A stretch of 64,000 nt of DNA. It comes from Octopus vulgaris. Its lineage: Eukaryota. The position numbers were made by a program, and so were the translations under genes. This document shows positions 37,786-49,745 of this stretch, piece by piece; the first letter of the stretch is position 1; every line of letters starts with the position of its first letter. The stretch is from the NCBI GenBank assembly GCA_951406725.2, contig OX597823.1:98456001-98520000 (forward strand). Direction: 5' to 3'. The notes below the pieces were generated by a model that worked only from the letters and a program-made list of their open reading frames with translations, was not told the origin of the DNA and made no database searches.

Positions 37786-39699
37786 TAATAATGATGATGA
37801 TAATGTTCAAAACACTGATTAATTTTAAAATTATAGTGACTGAAGTTTTACGAAACTGCTTTCTGTTGTGATATTTTTAAAGCATGATAAATAATGCTAA
37901 TAAATATATAGAGGTAACAGTTGATATCTTTTGGTGGTGTGAGTAGTTTTATTACTTGTCTAATATCTTATTTCCTAGTAGTTAGTTTATTAATATAGAA
38001 CAAATGGAGGAACAAGTTGACCTCATAAGAACTTATTTCTGGAAAGGATGAAGACTTCTACTATAGAAATGGTACTAATTGTATTGTATAAGAAGTGTAG
38101 TGTTTATTTTTTGTTCATACAACAGGAAGGAAACATTTAATAATGAAATAAAGATACACAATTATATGATTTACAATTTCTCTGTTTCATATTTAAATAC
38201 TACTTTCGGTTTTTAAAATAATTATTTGATAAATTTATTCTTGTATTTATCAATATTTCCCAAGACTGTCGAATCACAAACTAAAACCCTGAAATACTGA
38301 CAACATGGATCTAAAGTAATTCAGTTTGCAACATTGTTGTCATATGAATAATCCCTTAATGCATGCTTACTTGTGTTGAATGCATTTTTGTAGCATTAAA
38401 ATGAACTGATGTCTATTATAAAAAATGTGTAAATGAGTGTGCGTATGCTTGAAATTAGTAAATAAATAAAAATTGTGAAAAATTACAAAGTTTCAGGTCA
38501 CAATCATAATCTAACAAAAACTGATTTTAATTCAAGAAAAAATTCAATCAGTCAAAGGAAATTAATTGTTGATTTTTTTTCTGAAAATGTATTAAGATAA
38601 TGTTTTTTTTTCTTGTTAAAATATTTGTCCTTTAGATTGAAATTTTTTTATATTTGTTTGCACATTGAACTAGGCATAACTTATTTTGCGTTCTAACATT
38701 TCTTTGGTTTTTACTCTTCAAAATGTGAAATAATAAATGGATTAAAAGTAATAAAAACTTTAATGGGAAAATTTTACAAAAAAGTGTAAGTTAATTTGAT
38801 TTGTTAGCTGTTTTAAGCAACTAGTTCACTATAAAAACACATTGCATTTTAAAATACAATCCATGTTTAAACACATGTATTTCATAAGATGTTTTACATA
38901 TGTACATGCATGCATACGCACAAAAGCTAATAACAAGAATTAACACCTTCAAAACTAAGCACAAAAGAAAATTTATGGAGAGTTTTTACCTTGTTTTATC
39001 ACTCTGGATGTAAATGTTTATACAAGTTAGTTGGGAAAAAATTGCTGATTTATGGTTATCAGGGATTAATAAATATAGCTAAGAAGCAACCATCACAGAT
39101 CTTAATTTATAGAAATTGCATGTATTTTCTAGCATTATCATTCGGAAGCAAGATGGAGTAAATGAAATTGATCAAAGTAAATGGGACATACCATCAAAAA
39201 TGGACTTACCGTCACCAGCCAGACACAATTGTCAATCAATGATTTGAAGTGTAAATAAATAATATATTCGCGAGCTGCTGATTATGATTTATTTATAAGA
39301 TTTACCACCATAATTATGTGAACTATAATTACTCTCAAGCAGGAATTATGCATGATAAAAGAACTTTATTTCCATAGAAAATACAATAAGCCAGGAATGA
39401 TAACAGAAATTTCACCAGGATTTTACTCTGCTCTCTATTGCAGTTTGAAAGAATTTATAATGATGATGAATATGAAAAATGTCTAGAGAAGGATCTGAAT
39501 GTAAACAAGCAATATATTTGCAATGTAGTGTAACTAAACCACTTACTGAGAAGTAAGCTGTGTGTAAGTGCCTGTCCTGAACTGGCAAGAATGAATAATA
39601 GCAACCTCCAGCTAATGGCTGAAGAACTACAGAACTGGAGTGGGTATGGTGGAATCACCAAATAGTTCTGTAATTGTATATTGGTGGTGTGGGGGGGGG

Positions 39700-39989
39700 A
39701 GAGGCGGCCAGCGCCACCTTGACTGGCTTCTGTGCTGGTGGCATGTAAAAAGCACCAACCGATCGTGGCCACTGCCAGCCTCCCCTGGCACCTGTGCCGG
39801 CAGCACATAAAAATCACCCACTACACTCACAGAGTGGTTGGCGTTAGGAAAGGCATCCAGCTGTAGAAACACTGCCAGATCAAGACTGGAGCCTGGTGCA
39901 GCCTCCTGGCTTCCCAGACCCTGGTTGAACCATCCAACCCGTGCTAGCATGGAAAATGGACGTTAAACGATGATGATGATGATGATGAT
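39700..39989 (+). mobile_element. RTE 3'-UTR/tail retroposon copy
   Basis: GGTGGCATGTAAAAAGCACC modules, GGTTGGCGTTAGGAAAGGCATCCAGCTGTAGAAAC, GCATGGAAAATGGACGTTAAAC(GAT)n. Confidence 0.85.
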
Positions 39990-40169
39990 TCTCTGTATTA
40001 TAGATGATACAGCTGTATTATAGAAGCTTAACCAGCAGACAGCAAACAGCTGTAAAACTGTTTAATAAATTCTCTTATTTTATAATTTATAATTTCTGCT
40101 GTAAAATTATCAGCCTTTTTAAAGTCTGTTTTCCTAACTTATTACTGTTGCTATCATTATTACTGGACA

Positions 40170-41105
40170 TGTTTAATAGTTAGTGCATTGGACAAAATGC
40201 TTAGTGACATTTCTTCTGACACTTTACAATCTGAGTTCAAATCCTACCGAGGGCAACTTTGCCTTTTCATCCTTTCAGGGTTGATAAAATAAGTACCAGT
40301 TGAGCACTGGAGGGTCAATGTAATTGACTTGCCTCCACCTTTTCATAAATTCCAGGCCTTGTGCTAAAGTAGAAAGAAAAATTATTATTATTGAATTGTT
40401 AATATGTTTTTGACTTTTTATTTCTTTTGATCATTTTATGTTTTGAGTTCAAATCCCACTGGAGTCAGCTTTGCCTTTCATCCTTTCAGGGTTGATAAGT
40501 GCCAGTTGAGTACTGGGATTGGTCTAATGGACTAGCACCATGCACCTCCCCCCAAATTTCAGGTTCTGCATCCATAGTAGAAAGTTAATATTGAACATGT
40601 TATTTTCATGTATTTTTATATTCATTTGCAGTCCAGACCATAGGCTATGGCCATGCTGGAGCACACCATTGATATGAAGGGTGACAAGCTGACAGAAACA
40701 TTTGCATACAAACAAAATGTTTAACCCTTTCATTACTGTATTTATTTTGAGATGCTCTCTGTTTCTTTCAATTACTTTAAATATAACAAAGAATTTAGTA
40801 AAATAACTTGGTTATCATTCAGCCAGTGTTAGGAACATTTATTGTGACTAAGGTTTGGTGAAAGATTTTAATTCAAAACTTATGAAAACAGGACATTTGT
40901 ACTCAGACCCTGTTTCAGCCGGGTTGGTAATGAAAGGGTTAATGGTATTTCTTCCAGTTTTACATTCTGAGGTTAAATGTTGCTGAGGTCAACTTTGCCT
41001 TTCATCCTTTTGGGATCAATAAAACAAAATATCAGTTGCATACTGGGGATGATGTAACCAACTGGCTCCTCCTGCCAGATTTCAGGCCTTGTGCCTATTG
41101 TAGAA
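40170..41105 (+). mobile_element. Cluster of three family-A SINEs (about 40170-40380, 40395-40590, 40680-41105)
   Basis: Each has a GAGTTCAAAT-like B box and CTTTGCCTTTCATCC core; the third is split by a MITE. Confidence 0.8.
40725..40938. mobile_element. piggyBac-type MITE, family 1, nested in a SINE
   Basis: TTAA at 40721-40724 and 40939-40942; reverse complement of 18122-18340. Confidence 0.9.
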
Positions 41106-41764
41106 AGAAATGATGGCTAAGTGAATCTTCAGTAAATTATTTTTATAGTTTTATGGATGAGAAATTATATTTTTAGAAAAGTCAGAATACTCAAACTGCT
41201 GACATAAATTTTCATAAATTTGGTGTTGGCTACTCTTAAAATGACTTTTAAGTCAAAGGAGATATCTCAGCTAAATTTGCAATCCTAACAAAATAGAAAT
41301 TTAAATGACTCATAGAATAAATTAAATTTGAAAGAAGTAAGATTACCAAAATAGGATTAAGATTGTCTGGAAGCATAAAGTGAACGAAGGAGATCTGTTA
41401 GAATGAAATGAGTCTGCAGTCTCTTAGGGTTTATAACCATTTAGAAATGTTAATATAAATACAGTGATTATTTTAAAATTGCTAAGAAAAGTTGCATGTA
41501 ATGATATGTTTAGAAGCTCTAAAACTACTGATTGTGGTTTCATAAAATATGGCATATTTTAAAACCGGCATGGCAGTTACAAACGTTGTGATTATACAAA
41601 AGAATTCTCTACAAGATTCTTGATGACTAAAAACAATAAAAAATCAAATTTAATGTGTGTATGTGTATTTTATCTAAGTTGTTGTTTGAGAAATATTTCG
41701 TGTAAAAATAAATATATTAATATTATGCAATAACAGTATTTTGAGGTCTATTATATTTTCTTTT

Positions 41765-42140
41765 GGTTGTGTGGTAAGAAGCTTACTTCCCATCCACATG
41801 GTTCTGGGTTCAGTCCTACTGTGTGGCACCTTGGGCCAAAACCTTGTGACTGAATTTGGTAGATGGAAACTGAAAGAAGCCTGTCATATATATATATATA
41901 TATATATGTATGTTTGTTTGTGTGTGTGTTTGTATGTCTGTGTTTGTCCCCACTACCATCGCTTGACACCAATGTTTGTGTGTTTATGTGCCCGTAACTT
42001 AGCTGTTTAGCAAAAGAGACCGATAGAATAAATACTAGGCTTACAAGGAATAAGTCGTGGGATTGATTTGTTTTATTAAAGGCAGTGCTCTGGCTTGGCT
42101 GCAGTCAAATGACTGAAACAGGTAAAAGAATAAAAGAATA
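41765..42140 (+). mobile_element. Family-B SINE
   Basis: TGGTTGTGTGGTAAGAAGCTT...GGGTTCAGTCC...GCAAAAGAGACCGATAGAATAA...TGACTGAAACAGGTAAAAGAATAAAAGAA. Confidence 0.88.
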
Positions 42141-42850
42141 TTAAATTTGATAGAAAAGGGCACTGGAAACAATGATTTAAATTACATATATTTGCACCTA
42201 ACATTATACAAAACTATGGAAACTATGCAGCATATAGACATATACATATAGGTTTTGTATTTTGTAAGTTCATCTTTCATCACAAGTATTTAACAAAGCA
42301 ACTTTACCTGTTTCAGTGAGAGAGAGAGAGAATAAGCATTTCATTAATTGACAATAGCCTTACAAATGTTTTATTGTGGCCTTAAATCGTTTACAAGAAG
42401 AGGTTATAACAGTGTCATTGTGTAGTGAAAGAGTATTTTAAAGCAAATTGATCAGCTGAAGAGAGGAAGTCATAACTGTCTTGCCAAGAAACTTCGTGAG
42501 GCAGCTTCTTCTATTCGAAGATTTGTGAAACAACTTAAACTGTAAATTTACAATAGGCTTATATATTTCCTTCTCAGATACTTTTGTAATATTGATAACA
42601 TTTCACTCGCCCTTTTAATTTTATTTATTGACTGTAAAACATCTTTTAGTAACATCTTTAGAAATAAGTAAAAACAAAAACACAAAAAAAATTAACAAGA
42701 CACTCTTCAAAGTAATAATCAATAAATCAATTATTGGCTTTCATCAGTTTTGCCTTTCTTTTCTCTGAGTTAATTCTGTCGCCCTCTTGAACTAGTTTAT
42801 TGTACTACTCTCTCATTCTCTCCTGCTGTATGCACTGCCTTTACTCTTTC

Positions 42851-42911
<61 letters not shown>

Positions 42912-43444
42912 CGTGTGTGTGTGTGTGTGTACATACATATGTGTGTATGTTGCTCTTTCCTGCTGATTGTAAACTGACATCACTCTGATATGGTGGGGTT
43001 CATACAGTGAAAAGCTTGGATCAAATTATTTCCTTACATCTTGGCAGGAATGGATAGATGTGGTGGGAAAACAAAACAGAAAACAACAAAAGATCTTTTC
43101 CTGCAATTTAGCTTGAAGATGAAATGCAGTAGATAGTAAAATTTTATACTGTTTTTTTCTCTCTTTTGTATGTGCTTATATACTGACTTGAAATAGAGGT
43201 TGGTGTTTGTGTGCAGATACATGCATACATATACATACATACATACATACATACATGTGTGCATGTGTGTGTACACCTGTGTACACCTGTGTGTCATGTG
43301 TATATTGTATGTGTGTATGTATATAAATATACATAGATGTATGTATGTATGTATATGTATATATGTATAATTATTTTTAGAAATATAGAATCCAAGAACA
43401 ATGTGATGCTTCCATTTAGCTCATGAGATGATGAGTGTTTTGTC

Positions 43445-43860
43445 TTTTATTTATTTTACTTGTTTCAGTCATTTGACTGCAGCCATGCTGGAGCACCATC
43501 TACATTCGAACAAATTGACATCAGCACTTGTTCTTTGTAAGCCTAGTTCTTATTCTATCGGTTTATTTTGCTGAACTGCTATGGGGATGTAAACACACCA
43601 ACATCGGTTGTCAAGCGATGATGGGAGGACAAACCCAAACACACAAATGCACATGTATATATATATATATATATATATGTATATGTATGTATGTATGTAT
43701 ATACGATGAGCTTCTTTCAGTTTCTGTCTACCAAAATTCCACTCACAAGACTTTGGTTGGCCCAAGTCTATGGCAGAAGACGCCCAAGGTATCACACAGT
43801 GAGACTGAACCCAGAACCATGTGGTTGGGAACCAAGCTTCTTACCACACAGCTACTCCAT
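43445..43860 (-). mobile_element. Family-B SINE
   Basis: Reverse complement of the family-B sequence along its whole length. Confidence 0.88.
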
Positions 43861-44963
43861 GTAGAAAATATTATAGAATCAGTAACAATATATTGTTTAA
43901 GTATACTTATTTTTCATGTACCACCAGAAATGTAGACCTCCATTGGCCTCAGTGTTATGATAAGCTAATATGCTAACATGCTTGAATAGTATGTATTCAC
44001 TTTCAAAAGTTCAGAGTTGCTAGTGTGAATAGTAAAGTAATTCATACATGAAAAAAAAAAAAAAAAGAAATCAATCATTGATAAGAGAAAAAAAAAAAAC
44101 AAGACTTTGTAAAAATAGTGTAATACATTTGTTCTTGAATTAAAATTCTTTTTGTATTGCATATGTAGTGTGAAAGGAAAATGTTGCTGAGATAAAAATA
44201 AGTGGAATCAACATATGTGATTGGTGTAAAGAGATATGGCAATTTAGTGTTTTGTTCCTCTAAATTATCTCTTACTGAAACTAGATGGATGGAGATGAAC
44301 AGTTTGTTTCTGTGTGTGTCCTGAGGATGTAGAACACTGAGTTCCACTTTGTATAACTAGTAAATAACTGAGAGGCGCTGCTTGATAATTGTTCCAGTTT
44401 TCTTTTGTTCATTCATTCATTTGTTTAGCATCCATTTTCCCATGCTAATACAGGTTAGACAAAGACATATTATTGTGGAATTTTTTTTTTTCAGCTAGAT
44501 ACACTTCCTGTTACTATATCAGTTTCATAAGTAAGGAATTTCCATTTTACTTGCCTTTGAAAGTGTTGTGCTACAGGATAATCTATTAAGAGAAAATTTT
44601 CAACATGCCACCAGTTTTGTGCATGAGATTTCATGCAAAGATGATACAAAATGAAACATTTGCATGCAAGCACACTTCCATACAGGCTTCCACCTACATA
44701 ATATTAGTCAACCTTGGGCTATAGCTGAAAATGTTTGCTGAACATGCCGTACCCATGAATGTGTGAAGAACTGTGAACAATTAAAACTTAAACTTGCATG
44801 AAGATCTTTGCAAGTGAGAATATCAGAAATATTTAAAATAAATAATTTATAAACATTTTCTTTATGTTTGAAATTACTTAATATTTCTTATTGCTTAATG
44901 AAAGTAAATTATCAATAATTTTAATTATTTTCTATACATTAACAAAGAATTCTTTTTCCTTAC

Positions 44964-45183
44964 CCCTTTCGTTAATGTATTATTTTGAGATACTCTGTGT
45001 TTCTCTCAATTATTTTAAATATAATGAAGAATTTAGTAAAATAACTAAGTCATCATTCAGCTAGTGTAAGGAACATATAGTATGACTAAGGTTTGGTGGA
45101 AGATTTTAATTCAGAACTTATGAAATCAAGACATTTGTACTACAGAGCCATAGCTGGTTTCGGCCGGGTTGGTAACAAAAGGG
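44964..45183. mobile_element. piggyBac-type MITE, family 1
   Basis: CCCTTTCGTTA...GGTAACAAAAGGG|TTAA; left TSD mutated to TTAC; homologous to 18122 and 40725. Confidence 0.88.
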
Positions 45184-45262
45184 TTAAAAATAGTTTACTG
45201 AATTGAAAACCTCAGTTTCTTTGTCTAGCATAATTCATTTCAAATTTATGATGCATTTGTAA

Positions 45263-45498
45263 CAGTAGTTCACAACCAGGGTCTATATGACCTTTGGAGG
45301 TCCATATAAGATTTTGCTGTTAAAAATTATCTGCAATAAATTGGTTATACTTCAACAATACACCAAACATTTTAGCAATTTTTTTTTATATATTATAATT
45401 ATAAAAATTCAATAATATTTTTAAAATATTGAATACCTGAGTAAAAAAGGAATCAGGGGGAGTTTGTAGGTGAAAAAAAAAATGGTTGAGAACCACTG
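45263..45498. mobile_element. hAT/Charlie-like MITE
   Basis: TIRs CAGTAGTTCACAACC / GGTTGAGAACCACTG (13 of 15 complementary). Confidence 0.65.
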
Positions 45499-46327
45499 CT
45501 TTTTAGAAATATCAAATCTACCCGAGTACTAATTACTTGACTACTATATCCTTTTATTTATCCTGAATGCATAAAAAATGAAGTCATCTTCAGCAGGATT
45601 TGAACTAAGAACTATAGAATATTACTAAATACTGCGAGCATTTTGTTTTATGCTCTAATAATTTTGCTAATCCTCTGCCTAAAGAAGTTTGAGTTCATTA
45701 GACATTTTTCTTTTATATTTTTGGTTTTCGGTTTCTGTGTGTATTTATTCTAAGAAGCTTATTCCATTCAGACTTGCTAATTAATGCTGCCCAATGTTTT
45801 AGACAGGCTCGTTTTATAACATTGTGTTGGGATATTAATAAAAGTAGCACAAATAGACAAAACATTGGTAATGTCATGTCCATTCAGCAAGGCATGTGTC
45901 ACATAATTAACTTTGGTTCAATCATTTAAAGTAAACTATAGGTTAGTAAGTAAATAATCTGAAGGCAGGCATGCATTATATTGAAGTAAAAAAGGATATA
46001 ACATAAGGAACAATCTGGTGGCATAGACTCTGATTGGTTGGATTGAGAAGTAAATTGTAGTTATAGGTTTCTTACGTTACTGTTGATAATGTTAGTATTG
46101 TAATGAGGAGAATGCAGACTGACAACTGTATTTTGGAAGACCAGAATGTAGGGACTTTGCAGGTTTTATCTGACTAGCAGTGGTAATCTACATTTCCCAG
46201 GTGCTGAATTTGGAGAAAAAATAAACTTTAATTACTTCACTCAGATTTGTTATTGCTGGTGTTGTTTGCTCTCTGTTTCTAGCCATGCTGGAGCACTGTT
46301 TAACAAGTCATTCATGCTGCATCCCCA

Positions 46328-46363
<36 letters not shown>

Positions 46364-46526
46364 TGTTCTCTGATATATATATATATTTCATGTAAACCCA
46401 GAGTTTCTACCTTTAAGAACAAGGAGTTACACCCTTTTCACTTGTGTGATTTTTTGCTACCTTGGTAACTATTCATCTATTTTTTCCGTGTTAATTGTTA
46501 ACAAGGGAAAAATACACACATCTATT

Positions 46527-46558
<32 letters not shown>

Positions 46559-46608
46559 AATGGTTTTGTTATATGGTGCTGTGTTTTACAATCCTGTAAA
46601 TAATGATA

Positions 46609-46883
46609 ATGGTATTTATATAAACTTAAAGCTTATGGCAATCACTGTGCAGTGACTAAGGAAAATAGTCTAATAATGGGGCATATAAGCCCTTGACAGG
46701 AAAAAGAAGTTTGTTACCTTTAAAGGTAACACATTTAGTCATGTTAACAAGGGATGTGGATTCGAGTCCCATGTAGATAGGAAAGCCTTTTTTTTCTGTC
46801 ATCGGCTTATATGACCCTTTGTTACACTATTTTCTCTTTGTCGTTGCACAGTGATCGCCCTAAGCTTTAAGCTTATATAAATA

Positions 46884-46887
<4 letters not shown>
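46609..46887. mobile_element. Palindromic MITE-like element next to (TA)n
   Basis: Imperfect arms of about 95 bp: ATGGTATTTATATAAACTTAAAGCTTA...CATATAAGCC / GGCTTATATG...TAAGCTTTAAGCTTATATAAATACCAT. Confidence 0.75.
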
Positions 46888-46927
<40 letters not shown>

Positions 46928-47144
46928 AAAAAAAAAGTTAAGCTAGAAAATGCTAAAATGATTTTATAAAATAACATTTCAGTACCGGTTTCAGTCATTG
47001 AGACTTTTTCAATTGTAACAATTAAATAATTAAATTTAGAAAAATTAAAAGAAAAATTTCTTTAAAAGAATATTTGTATAGTGTTCAAATACAAGTGGCA
47101 TTTTCCTTGTTTCTGCTTGTCTCTGTCTCTCTTGTGGGTTCGAG

Positions 47145-47203
<59 letters not shown>

Positions 47204-47782
47204 TATATATTGAGAAAGATTGTCTATGTGTATCAGAGGTGGGATGCACAAAAAGATTAAATAGAAACTGAAGGGGAAAGAAAAACAGAGTTTACTATCA
47301 CAAATGGAAAACATATTTAAGAATATTTCTGTACCTCCTACTAACACTCTTACACAACTGCCTATGTTTCTTTGGTCTCTCACTCTTAACAACTTACTAT
47401 ATCTTTTCTTTGACTCCTCCTTGTTTTACACCAAGAGAGCCTCAAACACTTTTTTTGTATATGTACTATTTTGGGATGTATTTAAACGGTCATGCCAAAT
47501 TTGGTAAAGATTTATTGAGAAATGGCAGTGTTGTGTCAAGCATTTACACCTATCATATAGGCTAGGATATTTCCAGTTTTGTAGTGTTGTGGGGAAAATC
47601 AATTCTAGTTTGTTCTGCTTGCATTTTTATTTGATGAGATAAAGGGAGGTCTCCAAAATCTCACATAGCTGTTGTTATTAGCTTATTCAAACATGGAAAG
47701 CTATGTAGATTTTACAGATAGTATTTTTTATAACATTAGCAGAGTTTATAAATTACTAAGTACACAGTATTCTTATTGCTTG

Positions 47783-47821
<39 letters not shown>

Positions 47822-47829
47822 TAGATAGA

Positions 47830-48184
47830 TATATAATTCGCAATTGTTACCTGTGTTGCCCTACTGGCACTTGTGCCGGTGGCATGTGAACAAATCATTC
47901 GAGCGAGGTCGTTGCCAGTGCCGCTGGACTGACTCCTGTGAAGGTGGCACATAAAAAGCACCATTTGAGCGTGGCTGTTGCCAGTACCCCCAGACTGGCC
48001 CTCGTGCTGGTGGCACATAAAAGCACCCACTACACTCTCGGAGTGGTTGGTGTTAGGAAGGGCATTCAACTGTAGAAACTCTGCCAGATCAGATTGGAGC
48101 CTGGTGCAGCCATCTGGTTTGCCAGTCCTCAGTCAAATCGTCCAACCCATGCTAGCATGGAAAGCGGACGTTAAACGATGATGA

Positions 48185-48188
<4 letters not shown>
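47830..48188 (+). mobile_element. RTE 3'-UTR/tail retroposon copy embedded in (TA)n
   Basis: Same modules and (GAT)n tail as 39700 and 57490; flanked by (TA)n on both sides. Confidence 0.88.
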
Positions 48189-48242
<54 letters not shown>

Positions 48243-48489
48243 AATGCCTATAATTATTTGATCATTTAAGGCTATTGTAACAATACTGAGAAGATTCCTA
48301 GATATTTGATGACCAGCAGATCTGATAGGCTCAAAGAACTATGTCATTTGTCCAATGTGATGAGACTTGAATTATGAATAGATACTATCTACATTCATTG
48401 TATCTCTCATAAACATGTGTGAGAAAGGTTCATAGTAAAATACAATGAAAATGTTGTATTGAATTCAATTGAAGCTGCTCTTGTATACT

Positions 48490-48883
48490 TTACTTACTTA
48501 CTTGTTTCAGTCATTTGACTGCGGCCATGCTGGAGCACCGCCTTTAGTCGAGCAAATCGACCCCGGGACTTATTCTTTGTAAGCCCAGTACTTATTCTAT
48601 CGGTCTCTTTTGCCGAACCGCTAAGTGACGGGGATGTAAACACACCAGCATCGGTTGTCAAGCAATGCTAGGGGGACAAACACAGACACACAAACACATA
48701 TATATATATATACATATATACGACAGGCTTCTTTCAGTTTCCGTCTACCAAATCCACTCACAAGGCATTGGTCGGCCCGGGGCTATAGCAGAAGACACTT
48801 GCCCAAGATGCCACGCAGTGGGACTGAACCCGGAACCATGTGGCTGGTTAGCAAGCTACTTACCACACAGCCACTCCTGCGCC
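48490..48883 (-). mobile_element. Young full-length family-B tRNA-derived SINE
   Basis: Minus strand GGCGCAGGAGTGGCTGTGTGGTAAG (A box), CCGGGTTCAGTCCC (B box), CATCTTGGGCAAGTGTCTT (CORE-like), (TA/TG)n centre and A-rich tail; CpGs retained. Confidence 0.92.
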
Positions 48884-49419
48884 TATCTAGATATATTGAC
48901 TATTATTATAAGTCTTTTATATAAATGTATTAATAATATTAAGATCTTTAAAGATATCTATCATTTTTATCTAGTATTATTGATATAATTATTTTCAGTA
49001 TTTATCTTTCAGTAATATTTTATGCCTTTTTGGGCAGGTTTCAAGGATGTTTATGATGAGTTTGGAAGTGTATTTTTTATGTATAAAGCTATAATTTAGA
49101 AATGTTTGGAAGACAACTTTACTTTTGCTTCTCTCTTCCAGTGTCATTTCCACTTAGCTAATGTTTAGCTAGATCAAAGACTTTCTGCTGTCATTCTGAA
49201 TTATCAATCCCCCGGATGTTAATTTTGTTATGATTAATATGGTTAAATTTATGGGAAGTGTAGATTTTATGGTTTCATCTAAAATTAATGTTGTATTACA
49301 GAAAATTCTCCTAAAGGTTATAATATACTGCAACCTTTAATCAAATGTTCATCAGAGAAAAACTAATGTAATGTTCAATTGAACCCAACAGTTATGCTTT
49401 GTTATTGATTTCAACTTTG

Positions 49420-49745
49420 CGTCTGGTGAATTGGCCGAGTCATTAAAGAACTGGATAAGATGCCTCATAATATTTATTCTGATTCACTGTGCTCTGAGTT
49501 CAAATCCTGTCATGGTCAACTCTGTTTTTTATTCTTCGAAGATTGATTAAAAAGACACCACTTCTCAATGTTGGATTGGTAGAGTTCAAATTCCGCCGAG
49601 GTTGACTTTGCCGTTCATCCTTTCGGGGTCGATAAATTAAGTACCAGTTATGCACTGGGGTTGATATAATCGAATTAATCCATTTGTCTGTCCTTGTTTG
49701 TCCCCTCTGTGTGTAGCCCCTTGTGGGCAGTAAAGAAATAAGAAA
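49420..49745 (+). mobile_element. Old family-A SINE followed by a 5'-truncated young copy (49582-49745)
   Basis: GAGTTCAAATTCCGCCGAGGTTGACTTTGCC...GCCCCTTGTGGGCAGTAAAGAAATAAG closely matches 19760-19918. Confidence 0.85.

Noticed and set aside
48830-48883. tRNA genes at A/B-box motifs (also 19688, 54946 and others)
   Set aside because: These are SINE heads that continue into SINE bodies; no full cloverleaf is evident.
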